64,000 nucleotides of DNA from Lama guanicoe (Eukaryota), in NCBI GenBank assembly GCA_013239625.1, contig MU053432.1, positions 297,422-361,421 on the forward strand. Reading direction: 5' to 3'. Each line of letters opens with the position of its first letter. Positions within the stretch are counted from its first letter, which is position 1. The notes under the pieces are model-generated. The model searched no databases. It worked only from the letters and a program-made list of their open reading frames with translations, and was not told the origin of the DNA. Below are positions 51,978 through 64,000 of the stretch, piece by piece. A program made the position numbers and the translations under genes.

Positions 51978-52119
51978 GGCTCTGAAATCCAGTGGGGTCT
52001 GCGAATCACTGACATATGGACTCCCATTCATCCTCAGACCCACCAGCTGTTGGCAGCTGGACTGGGATGAGCTGGAGACAAACCAGCAGCATTTCCATGC
52101 TCTGTGTCACAGCCTGCTG
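51978..52119 (+). CDS. M1AP: M1AP exon 7 (gene continues beyond window)
   Basis: ttcccag acceptor; ALKSSGVCESLTYGLPFILRPTSCWQLDWDELETNQQHFHALCHSLL; GTGAGT donor; 142 nt; cumulative CDS 1074 nt with no stop. Confidence 0.96.
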
Positions 52120-52775
52120 GTGAGTACCCATGTCACCAGGTGAGGAAGAGGGCAAGTGTTAAAGCACCACAGAAAAGCAGCTAACTCAAGCCTGCCCTGA
52201 TCCCAAACCTGCCCCAGTCCACAAGAGGACAGGAAAATTGGACGTCCTCTGAAACGTGGACGAAATATGAGTTGCCTTTGTTGGTTTCACGCTACCGTGA
52301 ATAATTCCTGAAGTCAGTTATATGACACTAAACTTGAAAATCCCTAATTTTGTATATTTAAATGGCAACCAGAAATTTTCCATGAGTAACTATATTTTAA
52401 ACCCTATTTTCTTCCTATCATCATGCTGGACATTATGGTTTATTTCAATGAAGGGCACTTGGGCCAGACGTTGTGCCAAGCCCTAGATAGTCAGTCTATT
52501 ACGATACACATTATCTACGGTCTCAAGAAATTTACTCTCTAATGGCAGAGGCGGGATTAAACATATATATTCTTAATCGTGAGAAGTTTATGAAGGAAAA
52601 AAAGAGGCTGCTATAAATAAGTGAAGGTGACATTGAAACTGAGATCTGCCAGGTGAAATGGGAATTAGAAAGGTGAAGGGCGGCAAGAAGAGCATCCCAG
52701 GTGCCGAGAAGGGCATGTGCAGAGACCCCGAGTCTGGAAAGAGCTGGTCCTCGAATCTAGAATGGGGAGGGCTGC

Positions 52776-53390
52776 TTGAAGCTCGTGTCTGACATCAGCC
52801 CTGGATGGTAGAGCTTCTTGCTGATCTTGACCTTGTATCCGAGTTAGCTCTTCCCTCGGTATATGTTTAATACCCTGTGCTTATCTTTGACTTAAACCCC
52901 TGTTTACATGTGGCTCTCACTTGTAGTGTCTGAGGTAAGAACAAGTTTGTGAAAGAGAAATCCATTGGCTTGATGCGAATCCTGGAGACCCCAAGTCTCT
53001 TGATCTGTGTAGGGTATTAACATGTAAGAACCGCCGATTCCAGGATTTCTCTAGAAGCTGCAGGAGTCCTGAACCATTGTCATTTCTGTCTCGCCGACCT
53101 GACGGGCTTGGGAAGGTCCGAGCCTTACGACCCACTTTCCTTTCTTACCCGATGTTTTCCCGCCAGGACACCGAGGGTTGTTACTTGCCTTGAGTTGGAA
53201 AACAGTTTACATTCACACATGTAAATTTATTCATCCTGTTAATTTATGTAAGGTTTTTGTACGCAATTCTCAATTCTTTAAGAGATGACAAACAGATTTT
53301 GGTTTTCTTTTGTCATGTGAGAACATGAGGCCTCAGCAACACGTCATTATGAGGAAATAAGAGTGCTGCAGTAAATAGATCGGGAAAAAA
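52776..53390 (+). pseudogene. ACTG1: 5'-truncated processed pseudogene: ACTG1 (gamma-actin) 3'UTR only
   Basis: Colinear with recalled human ACTG1 3'UTR (cttgaagct.gt.tctga.atcagc...tgatctgtg.agggtattaac...aatttatgtaaggttttt.gtacgcaattctc...cagcaacacgtcatt...agtgctgc); short A run; TSD AGAATGGGGAGG (52759-52770 / 53391-53402). Confidence 0.9.
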
Positions 53391-53406
53391 AGAATGGGGA
53401 GGATTC

Positions 53407-53568
53407 TGGGGAGGGTATGGCTCAAGTGACAGAGCACACGCTTAACGTGCATGACGTTCTGTATTCGATCCCCAGTACTTCCCCTAAGAATAAATAAATA
53501 AATAAGTGAACCTAATTACCTCCCCCCACCAAAAAAAAATTCTAAAAGAAATAATAAAAAATTAAAAA
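53407..53568 (+). mobile_element. Vic-1-like SINE
   Basis: GGGGAGGGTATGGCTCAAGTGACAGAG head, (TAAA)n and A tail. Confidence 0.9.
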
Positions 53569-54515
53569 AGAATGGAAGGACCATTGTGACTGAAACAAAA
53601 AAAGCCAGGAAAGAGAGCCAAAAGATGGGGAGCCAAAAGTGAGCAGGGGTCGAATCACACAAAGCTTTGTAGGCCACATTAAGGACTATTGGACATTAAG
53701 TACAGAAAGAAATCGTTAGAAAGGACATCATCCATTTAAGTTTTGAAGCTAGTAATTGTGCCAATATTTGGAAATGAACTTTCAGACGCAAGAATGAAAA
53801 CAAGAAAAATGAGGTAGGAGGGCACTTACAGGAGTCTAGACAAGAGATGGTTGTGGCTTGGACTTGGATGTGGGAAGTCAAGATGAGAAAAGTAAAACAC
53901 ATGTTTTAGAGAAAGAACTTGAAGGATTGGACGGTAGGGAGTGAGGAAGAGGAACGTATCAAATAATGGCCTGATTTCTGATTTAGCATTTCCTGAAATG
54001 GAAAAACTAAAAGAGCTTATACATGAAACAGAAAATTTACACTCCATCTAGCAGTGTATTAAAACACAAATGTTTATTAAAAAATTTTTTTAATTAAAAA
54101 AATATAAAAAATTAAAAATAAAAAATAAATAAAACACAAATGTTTAAATGCAAAATAAAACACCTGCAAATACAATCCAAAGATTGTATAAGTGCTAACT
54201 GGGTATGGAATAACAGTTTGACCCGGTAGGATATGGGAGATCAGGGCAGCACGGTAATGCATCTCTTTCACTATCAGAAACAGACTTCTTTTTTCCTGTT
54301 TCAAAGCCCACACTCCCTTTTAGCCCAGACGCCGCCCACTGAGTTCCTGTTTCCTATCTGAAGAACACGCATCTGTCTTTACAGAGCAGAGACCATAGAT
54401 ACCTCCTCACTGCTAAAGCCCAGCGGTTCCATTTCCTATGCCCAATTCTGCTTAATCCCTCAGGGTCTTGGGGAGCCCCTCGGGAGAAATTTCTCTCAAG
54501 GGACTTCAATACATT

Positions 54516-54563
54516 TTTAATTTATTTTTTCATTGAAGTATAGTCAGTTTGCAATGTTGTGTC
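54516..54563 (-). mobile_element. Extreme L1 3' end plus poly(A) fused to U6
   Basis: Minus GACACAACATTGCAAACTGACTATACTTCAATG-A-rich matches L1 ends in this window (19544: gacacaacattgtaaactgactataactcaat). Confidence 0.9.
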
Positions 54564-54671
54564 AAAAAATACGGAACGCTTCACGAATCTGCCTGTCATC
54601 CTTGCTCAGGGGCCATGCTAATCTTCTCTGTGTCATTTCCATTTTAGTACACGCACTGCTGAAGTAAGCAC
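54564..54671 (-). pseudogene. Full-length U6 snRNA retrocopy (diverged)
   Basis: Minus strand reads GTGCTTACTTCAGCAGTGCGTGTACTAAAATGGAAATGACACAGAGAAGATTAGCATGGCCCCTGAGCAAGGATGACAGGCAGATTCGTGAAGCGTTCCGTATTTTTT, i.e. U6 with scattered substitutions; retroposed (L1 tail plus TSD). Confidence 0.95.
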
Positions 54672-55079
54672 CAATACATTCTTATAGTACGTGATATTTT
54701 AAACACGTGCATTTTAATACGCTGCTAGATGGAGTGTAAATTTTCTGGAAAATGGCACCCTTCAACACTTCAATTCCAATGTTGAGAATATAACAGCCCA
54801 AGAAAACTATCAGAAATGGGAGCAAAGGTCTATATACCAGCATGCTTATCTCAGTGTTATTTACAATGGTAAAAAAAAAAAATTGGAGGGTATGGTTAAA
54901 TAGAGAAGTGGTAAAATTGAAATAGGGGAAAGGTAAAGGGAACAGTAATTCAGCCAAACAATGAATACTGTGTAACCATAATAGTTCACAATAAGGATGG
55001 GCAAGAGTATTCTCTTCCGTCTGGCTTATGTTAGGTAAGATCAGAGTCTCTCTGCTTCTGAACTCGGGGTTTGAGAATC

Positions 55080-56830
55080 TATAGTTATTTATTCAACAAA
55101 TATTTATTGAGCACTGTGTGCCAGGTACTGTGCTAGGGGCCAGAGAGACCTCTTCTTGATCACTCCTCTCATGTGGAAACTCACAAGATGCAGTTGACCC
55201 ATCACTAATAGATAACCCATTTTTTGTAGCACTTGCTAAGCGCTAGTCACTCAACCAAGCTCTTTGAGTACTTTACCTCATTTAATCCTCGAGATAATTA
55301 TGTGAGATAGAGATGGTTGTCCCCATTTTTACAGATGAAGAAGACTGAAGTCTGGAGAAATCAAGTAACTTGCAAAAGGTTACACAGCCACTGAAGTGGG
55401 CAAGTCAGAATTTGAGTGCAATTCAGTTGCCTGTATTAATTCATGCTTTGAACTCCTTGGCTAAATGCCCTTCTCCAGGTGTAGCCAGGTAAACACAGGC
55501 CACCACAGTGAGGGTCATTCTCCCTTCATGTACCATCCCACGCGTCTGTACTTCCCTGGGCTCAAATTCACTTAAACTGATACTAGGTACTTGCTCCTTG
55601 CCCGTCTTGTGCTACTGTCCTCTCTACTCTGTGTTTGTTCCACCTCATTCAGATCCAAGACCAACACTCCTTTTCTGGGAAAGGGGGAGAAGCAAAATGG
55701 TGTTTGAATGGCTCTTCCTTCTTGCTTCTCACATGACATCTCTAAGCACCAACATTATGGAGGGAAGCATTCTTCACAAGCTTCTGCTCATTCATTCAAC
55801 AACAAATATTTTTGGAGTCCTTACTATGTGACAAGACTTATTTAGAGACCTTCTTGGTCCTGTTATTACAAGTTTTCAGCACTTCCTTAACTCCCTCCTT
55901 GGTTCTGTATTCTTTCCTACACCTTTGTCATATGTCATCAGCTCCCCGCTTGAATCTCTTGACTTCTGTTCCTCTTCATGATGGTGTGATGTTCCCCTCC
56001 AGCTAATTTCTCATTCTGACTTCTGTCTTTCTGTTAATAGCAGCACCACCATTGTCTACTCACCCAGGCTTGAAACCTCAGTCACTTTCAGCCTTCTCAG
56101 CCTTTACACCCACTTCATCACTAAGTCATATCAATTTTTTTCTCATGATGTGAATTGTAACTGTCCTTTCCTTCCCATCCCCACTGCTTGTTCTTACCAA
56201 GACTTCTTCAGTAAACTCCCAACTGGCTTCCCTATCTCTGATCGCTCCCTCTTCTGACTTGCACTGCGCATTAGACCAGATTAACCCTGTTGGAGCATCC
56301 CCCATCACATATTGTTCTGTGACGCCAGAACTCCATGACTCAAGGCTTGCCTGCTCTAACCCCATAGCATCTACTGTGTATGTTTTGCCCTCTTCATTTT
56401 TATTATCACTCTCCTAGTTCAAGCCCCTTTTTACCTCTTTCCTTTAATACTGCGATAATCTCGTAATTTGTCTTAGTCTCTTTAGTGTTTCCCCTTCCCA
56501 ATCCACTTTCCATACTGCCACCAGACTAATCCTATTGAAACACAGCACTGAACCTGCCACTCTTCAGCTTAAACCTATTTTGTGACTTACTATTAATTAT
56601 ACTTTAAAGTCTATATTCCTTACTCAGGTATTCAGACTCCAGCCTTATCTCCCATTATTTCCCTCCCTGTATCATATAGTCCATCCAAATTAGCATACAA
56701 ACTTTAAATCGTCCTGTCTTTGAACTTACATTCAACTTGGCCTTTGTCCTATCTCCATCTGTTCAAATCCCACCCCGTTCTGAAAGACTCAGCTCAGATG
56801 GGGCTTCTACAATGAGGCCTTCCTGGATGC
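55080..56830. mobile_element. MIR (~55200-55450) and L2 fragments
   Basis: attcaacaaatatttattgagcac (L2 3' end); ccccattttacagatgaagaagactgaag (MIR core). Confidence 0.7.
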
Positions 56831-57356
56831 CTATATTTATCATTAGACCTTTGTATGTTCTATTTCTTTTGAGAGAAAAGCATATTTTAATTAGTTTTTT
56901 AAATATATATCCTATGATTTGAGTTAAAGTCTATGATATGAATTTGACTACCCAGATTCCGGGATAACCTGGTTGCCTTTTCCTAGAGTTTCTACCATGT
57001 CTCCATTTTACCAGCTAATTCCTCCACCTTAGTCAAATTTAGGTTTAGAGTAGAAATTCTCCCTTTGTTATCTCTCTTTTTGGGGAGTCAAGGCAAGGCA
57101 GTTTTCTAATCTGTCTTGGTAAAGTATAATTTGTATTGTTCATGAAAAGCATCAGCTTCAGGCTTAGATGGCCCTAGATCCTGACAGCTTCACTATTTCC
57201 CAATTGTGTGAACTTTAGGCAACATACCTAACCTCTCTAAGCATCAGTGTATTTATCTATTTGTAACCCTAAGAAATCTAGTGGCTCCATGTGGTTTAGT
57301 CTCTGCATAAATAATGTATACAGAAGCACTACCTAAATGACAAAAAGTAATTTTTA

Positions 57357-58198
57357 GCACATGAAAAAATGCTCAATATCACTAATTATCAGAGAAATGC
57401 AAATCAAAACTATAATGAGGTATCATCTCACACCAGTCAGAATGGCCATCATTCAAAAGTCCACAAGTGACAAATGCTGGAGAGGCTGTGGAGGAAAGCG
57501 AACCCTCCTACACAGCTGGTGGGAATGCATTTTGGTGCAGCCACTGTGGAGAACAGTATGGAGATTCCTCAAAAGACTAGGAATAGACTTACCGTATGAC
57601 CCAGGAATCCCGCTCCTGGGCATATATCCAGAAGGAACCCTACTTCAAAATGACACCTGCACCCCAATGTTCATAGCAGCACTATTTACAATAGCCAAGA
57701 CATGGAAACAGCCTAAATGTCCATCGACAGATAACTGGATAAAGAAGAGGTGGTATATTTATACAATGGAATACTACTCAGCCGTAAAAACCGACAACAT
57801 ATCGCCATTTGCAGCAACTTGGATGCTCCTGGAGAATGTCATTCTAAGTGAAGTAAGCCAGAAAGAGAAAGAAAAATACCATATGAGATCGCTCATATGT
57901 GGAATCTAAAACAAAACAAAACATAAATACAAAACAGAAACAGACTCATAGACATAGAATACAAACTTGTGGTTGCCAAGGGGGCGGGGGTGGGAAGGGA
58001 CAGACTGGGATTTCAAAACATAGAATAGATAAACAAGAGTATACTGCATAGCACAGGGAAATATACACAAGATCTTGTGGTAGCTCACAGAGAAAAAAAT
58101 GTGACAATGAATATATGTATGTTCATGTATAACTGAAAAATTGTGCTCTACACTGGAATTTGACACAACATTGTAAAATGACTATAAAACATATTTTT
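57357..58198 (+). mobile_element. Young camelid L1, 5'-truncated, with open ORF2 C-terminus
   Basis: 182-aa ORF 57361-57909 is the L1 ORF2 C-terminal CCHC region; TSD AAAAAGTAATTTTT near 57342 and 58200. Confidence 0.96.
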
Positions 58199-58719
58199 TA
58201 AAAGTAATTTTTAAATTAACTTATATGTGCTTCCAAAGAACACCAAAGAGGAAATGGTTCTTTACCCACAATGATAGATCTCAAATTTTCTTTCTCCCCT
58301 CCTCAATTATATCTAACCTGAGATGTTCCAAGAGCCTTTCGCACACACATGCACACAGAAACTAAAGCTCTTTCTACATCCCCACTCCAGGGACACCACT
58401 GTCCTCGTCTCTCTCGTAGACTGACTGAGCCTCTCTGACACAGTCCCCTCCCTCTGAGGTCCTGTCTCTCTCTGCCTATATAAAGTATCCAAGAACAGAA
58501 CCACAAAGCTTCTCCTTTCATGAGTAGACGTGGAGTGGGAGAGAAGGCAAAAAGGGAGATGTGTGACACACACATATTAGTGACCCTTGTCCCTCTCACG
58601 TGTGAAATAGAGACGGTAAAATATACCTCGTGTGGTTTTTAAAATGATTAAGTACTATTGCGTGTGTGAAGCACCTAGCGTATGTCTGGCATGTGATTTG
58701 GACATAGTGGTTGGTTAGT

Positions 58720-59640
58720 AGGTCTGCAAATTCCATCTGTTGCTTTTTTATGGATTCTAATTCTCTGGAGAAGTTCTCCATATTTTCATCTATTTTCTTG
58801 AACAAATTAATCATAGTTATTTTAAGGTACTTACCTGCTAACCTCAACACCTGGATCGCCTGTGGCCTTGTGTCTATTCTTTTTCTTCATTTGGTTTTCA
58901 GACATGTTGGTCCTGCCTTTTGGTTCACCTGGTAGTATTTTAATGAAAGATGCTGATTGTGCCTAAATAAATTGTAGAGGCTCCAGTTAGTGTTGGCTTC
59001 CTCTGGAGAGGGTTCATCCTGCCCTGCATGAAGCAGATAGAATGTTGGCAGATCACCCTTTTCCACCCAGGAGCTGTGCGGAGCCAAGACTGGACTGCAG
59101 TCCTGCTAAGGCTCAGTCTGCCCCTGGGTTGCTCCTGGCCCTGTGTATTGTGAGCGTCCCCTTCCCTTGAACGATCCCAACTCTAACCACTCTGTCCCAA
59201 GTCTGCTAGAACACTCCACTCCCAGAGGCTTTCTCTTTGGGTGTTTTTGCCCCCCTGCTCCATGCAGCCCCAGTATTTGGCAAATGTGCTGAGTGAGAAA
59301 TCGGCCTGAGCACCCACCCAAGCCCTGCCAAGTCTCCACCAAAAGATTTGCTAGTTTTTTCTGTCCACTTGCAAGTGCCTTAGCAGGTGCAAATCCTAGA
59401 TTCTCAGTTCCCACCCCACTCCCTCCAACTCAGAATCAACATATGCCCTCAGGACAAAAGAGGTTTCATTAACTCCCTCATCTCTCTGAGACTCAGCTAC
59501 CTCTCCTTTTCATCGTCTCAGCACCTTCTCCCTGCATTCAGACAAATGGTGTCTGTATATTATTCAGTGTTCCTGATGGTTCTAGGCAGGAGAACCAGTC
59601 TTCCTCTGGCCATTCCAACCCACTCAGATGTAGAAGTAGA
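58720..59640 (-). mobile_element. Old L1 5'/ORF1 antisense fragment
   Basis: Minus peptide MLRLAGKYLKITMINLFKKIDENMENFSRELESIKK is L1M ORF1-like. Confidence 0.75.
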
Positions 59641-60309
59641 TGCTCATTAAATGTTCATTTATTTATTCCCCCTTTGCATCCTTTATCTGATCAGACAGCC
59701 TATAGTACATTTTCTGGTCCACCCTCAGTTAGTTGGCTTGGCTCCACCACGTTCTCATTTTCAGGTTCCTGCATCTCCTTACAAGTATAAGCATAGCTCA
59801 GCTCATTCAGTGCTATCTCCTCCTCCACCCTCCTTTCAGAGCAGTTCTTCTGAACAGAGTGCACACTGCCGTAATTAAATTCAAAGCGACAGCCCCACCA
59901 GACCTCATCAGCTCTAAATGTCGTGTGCCCTCTCAAAATGCACTTTAAGAAACTGCAGCCTTAAATGTCATTCCATTCTCTGGTTTTTCACTTGAAAATT
60001 GAAAGTTGGATTTTTATGTCCTCCTCACAAATTATTTTGTTTTATTTAAGTATTTTATATTTCAATTCCCTTTCCTCAGAAGAGTATCACTTTATCAGAT
60101 AGCCAAGGCTCTTGATAATCCCATTTTCCTAGTCTTTTCCTGAAAAATATGTATCTACCCATTTCTATAAATTTCACTTTTAGTTCAATCCAGATCACAA
60201 GAGAGCCATGTATTTTAACTGCATTCTTCAAATTTTCATGGACGTTTATCTAAGAATTATTAAATGATTTCAAATTTAACAAACATTATCTAATAATTAT
60301 TAAATTTTA

Positions 60310-60550
60310 AAAGTTAACACTTCATGGTGCTTACTGTGTGCCTGAAACAGTTCTAAACACTTCATGAACATTAATTTATATTATCTCCATAACCATCCTA
60401 TAAGGTAGGAATTATCTCTGTTTTACAGATGAGGTGGTTGAGGCCCAGAGAGGTTAAGTACTTTCCCAAGTTCACACAGCTAGTAATGGTAGATCCAGGA
60501 TTTAACCCAGAAAGATTGGCTGTAGGACCCAACTCTTAACTACTCTATAG
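60310..60550 (-). mobile_element. MIR
   Basis: ttttacagatgaggtggttgaggcccagagaggttaagtactttcccaagttcacacagctagtaa core. Confidence 0.85.
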
Positions 60551-62537
60551 CATAAGAAATTCATGATCATATTGACTGCAGGAGCTCTCTGAGATACATT
60601 CACTGCTCAGTAAGGACCCACAAGATAGCTTTTTCCAGACTTTATGCCTGGAAAAGCGGTGGGACTCCCTTCCAGGAAAAGTGGGTGGCTTACATTTTTA
60701 TGATCTTGTCTAATCTTGGCTCTGTTATTGCCCTACCCTTATTTTTCCTTTGCCTGGATCACCTAAGCCCCCTAATTATTTTATGTTTTTTTGTTGTTGC
60801 ATTTTTCTAAACTTGGATTACTACTTTCTGGAATGTGGTAAGGAGTTTTATGTATATGTAATTTTTCCAAGTATGTATTAGATGAATTTATTCATCACCA
60901 GGAAAACATCATTTCAATTACCAAATCATCCTGCATAGTCTCAGTTATGTAGCGAGTGACTCACTTTCCACATCCTCATTTCTCCTACAAAGTCATGTCT
61001 GTATGAACTAGAAAAAGAAATGAAAATACCACCTAGGTCTTTCAATTTCCTACTTAAAATGTCAGAGTCTCTGGACACACATTCCAGAGATTTACGGGCC
61101 ATGTCTGCCCTAATTGGCCACAGAACTGACAGAATTCAAGCCAAGATGTGTCCAGCAGGAGTCTGAGTACACAGGCAATGACCTGGTTGGGCTGTAAATG
61201 GGTGGGGAAATGGAAAGTCCTTGGTTATATTAGGCAAATATTCAAGAGCAAGAATCCAAGCTGAGAGTGGGGTGATGGCAGGTCAGGAGACTTTAAAAAA
61301 ATGATCAGAATGAAGTTAGAATGTACAGTCTGCAGGGCATATAGACAGGGGTTAGGAAAGCAGGAGGGCAGCGGGCTTCCTGTAACCTAGCCTTGTCTGT
61401 TTCCCTTGCTGCATCTCTCACCACGCCCCTTCCATCCTCCACTCCAGCCACACTAATAAATTAGTAAATGTTTCCCAAATATGGTAAACTGTTTCATACT
61501 TCCACACTTTGTTTCATGCTGTTCTCTTCGCCTTCCCTCTATCCAACTGACTAATTACCAGTTTTTCCAGATTCTGCTTAAATACCTTCACTATGAAGTT
61601 TTTCCTGCTTCCATCACAGCCTGCCTGCCCCCACTCATCATTTTTGCCCCTTCCCCACCCATGTACCTATTGCCGTATTTATTTTGACCTTCACAGAACT
61701 GATAAGCGGTATGAGTATGCACCTAGCTCTGTAAGAAATGTCACATCATTATATTTTTCTAAACCAAATTTTTTAAATATTAGTCCCCAAGCACTAGAAT
61801 GGTGAAACACTCAGTATCTTTATGAGTGCCTCTCTAGGGTCATGCTCAGAATCCTAGTGGGGCTAACAGTCCAAAAAATGTGGCAAATGGCCCTTTGGTC
61901 TTCAGTACACCTCCAGTCCATCACTGAGTAGAAGCAACAGGGGCAGACATCTTTGTCTTGTTCCTAATCTTAGGGAGAAATCACCCAGTCTTTGACCACT
62001 ACCTGTAGGCTTTTTAAGAGGCCTTTGTTAGGTTGAGGAAGTTCCACTCTAATCCTAGTTTTTTTTAATGTTTTTAACCATGAATTTTATCAAATGCTTT
62101 TTCTGCATCTATTGAGATGATTATATAGTTTTGTCCTTTATTCTATTAATGCAGTGTATCACATTGCTCGATTTTTGGATATTAAACCAACCTTGTATTC
62201 CTAGGATAAATCCCACTTGTAGTGTGTAATTCTTTTTATACATTGCTGGATTTGGTTGGCTGGTATGTTGCTGAGAATTTTTACATCTATATTCATAAGG
62301 GGTATTGGCCTGTAATTTTCTTTTCTTGTGATGTCTTTGTCTGGTTTAGTATCAGGGTAATACTGGCCTCATAGATGAGTTGCAAAGTTTTCCTTCATCT
62401 TCTATTTTTTGGGAAGAATTTGTGAAAGATTAATGTTTTTTTTTAAAGGTTTGATAGAATTCTACAGTGAAACTATCTGGGCCTTGACTTTTTTGGTGGA
62501 AAATTTTCTGATTGCTAATTCTGTATCTTTACTTGTT

Positions 62538-63044
62538 GTGCAAAAAAAAAGTTAATATAGCAACCCTTAGATTCCTTTCCTTAGAAATTCCTGCTTGCAA
62601 GATGGACCCTTGGCTGGCATCTGGAAATTTGGATTTAGGGAGTGTTCCCCACCATTCCCTAAATAATGAGTGCCTAAACTGTGCAAAAATATGTGCTGAC
62701 AACTGCTTTTCTTCTAGGAGTCTAGAATTTTGGTATGTACTAGTTACAGGGTGCCTACATGACCAGCCCTCCCAAAATGTTGGGCACTGAGTCTGTAATG
62801 ACTTCTTCTGGGAGGCAGTATTTTACAGATGCTGTCACAATTCAGTGCTAGAGGAATTAAGTACATTCTGTGTGACTCATAGGTAGAGGACTCTTAGAAG
62901 CTTGCACCTTGTTTCCTATGCTGATTTTCCCTTGTACCCTTTTGCTGTAATTAGTCATATTTACGAGTATGACTATATGTTGAGTCCTGCTATTCCTCTC
63001 AGTGAATCACTGAACCTGGGAGTGGTCGTGGGGACCCCTGACAC
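62538..63044. mobile_element. MER21-like LTR inserted into L1
   Basis: TGTG...GGGGACCCCTGACACA termini; internal motifs match recalled MER21. Confidence 0.75.
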
Positions 63045-63376
63045 AGAATTATCCAGACTTTCTATTTTCTTTTGAATCAGTCTCAGCAGTTTGTGCCTTT
63101 CTAGGAATATGTCCATTTCATCTAAGTTACCTAATTTGTTATCACATAATTGTTTATAATATTCCCTTATAATCTTTTTAATTTCTGTTAGGTGAGTAGT
63201 GATGCCCCTCTTTTATTTTGATTTTAGTAACTTGGGTATTTTCTCTTTTTGCTTTGATCAGTCTAGCTACAAGTTTGTTGATTTAATTGATCTTTTCAAA
63301 GAATCAGCTTTTGGTTCCACTGATTTTCTCTATTATCTTTCTATTCTATATTTCACTTCTTTCTAATCCAGTATTT

Positions 63377-63462
63377 ATTTTTTAATGGTGGTACTGGGGA
63401 TTGAACCCAGGACCTTGTGCATGCTAAACACACTCTACCACTGAGCTATACCCTCCCTCCTG
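63377..63462 (-). mobile_element. Vic-1-like SINE
   Basis: TSD ATCCAGTATTT (63366-63376 / 63463-63473). Confidence 0.92.
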
Positions 63463-64000
63463 ATCCAGTATTTTTTTTTCTTTCTTCTGTTTGCTTTAGG
63501 TTTAGTTTGGTCTTTTTCTAGCTTCTTAAGATGGAAGGTTAACTTATTGATTTGAGATCTTTCTTCTTTTTATTTTAATAGAGGCATTATCAGCTATAAA
63601 TTTCCCTCTGAGCACTGCTTTAGTTGTATTTCATAAGTTTTGGTATGTTGTGTTTTTACTTACCCTCATCTCAAATTATTTTCTTATTTTCCTGGTGATG
63701 CCTTCTTTGATCTCTTGATTATTTAGGAATTTATTATTTAATTTCCACATATTTATTAATTTCCCAAACATCCTTTCCTTCTTGATTTCTAATTTCATTC
63801 CACTATGGTCAGAGAAGATGCTTTGGAAGATTTTAATCTTTCTAAATGTATTGTAGCTTGTCTTATGGCCTATCACATGGTCTCTTCTGGAGACCGTCCA
63901 TGTTCACTTGGGAAGAATGTAATATAATCTGATGTTTTGGAGTTTGAAGTCTCTTTTACCGCCTCCCCTTTGTCTCCTTCACGGAAGCCGGTGTGAGAGT

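Larger units (their letters stand above)
61930..63945 (-). mobile_element. L1 ORF2 antisense, interrupted by an LTR and a SINE
   Basis: Minus peptide IGHKTSYNTFRKIKIFQSIFSDHSGMKLEI (endonuclease SDH motif). Confidence 0.9.

Noticed and set aside
54564..54671. Functional U6 gene
   Set aside because: Multiple substitutions, an L1 tail and a TSD directly at the 5' end, so no native upstream promoter came with it.
57361..57909. 182-aa ORF as a host gene
   Set aside because: It is the L1 ORF2 C-terminus in a truncated element.
52120..64000. M1AP exon 8 and later exons
   Set aside because: No peptide resembling the recalled continuation (KREWLLLAK...) was found by eye; presumed to lie downstream of the window.
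1..64000. CRISPR arrays, operons or prokaryotic defence systems
   Set aside because: The sequence is mammalian and no regularly spaced repeat-spacer structure was seen.

Overview
Mammalian genomic DNA, almost certainly camelid, judged from many copies of a tRNA-derived Vic-1-type SINE and young artiodactyl-type L1 3' ends. The window holds two genes. (1) At 120-4158 (+) is a multi-exon short-chain dehydrogenase/reductase of the RDH11-14/DHRS13 type. It looks disabled by an in-frame TAG and a broken splice acceptor, and its catalytic exon is either missing or hidden in a 775-N gap. (2) The 5' two-thirds of M1AP (meiosis 1 associated protein) is on +, with a CpG-island promoter and non-coding exon 1 near 12.9 kb and six coding exons (19807-52119) that splice in frame to 358 codons; the 3' exons were not found and presumably lie beyond the window. 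The rest is mostly transposon-derived (L1, SINE, ERV1/ERVL/MaLR LTRs, Tigger and hAT DNA elements, MIR/L2). The most notable smaller items are a TSD-flanked U6-L1 chimeric retrocopy, an ACTG1 3'UTR retrocopy with a SINE re-inserted at its target site, and a TSD-flanked SINE+L1 polyadenylated retro-fragment. I found no convincing wholly new biological system. All identifications come from reading and recalled sequences, not database searches, and repeat boundaries are approximate unless a TSD is given.
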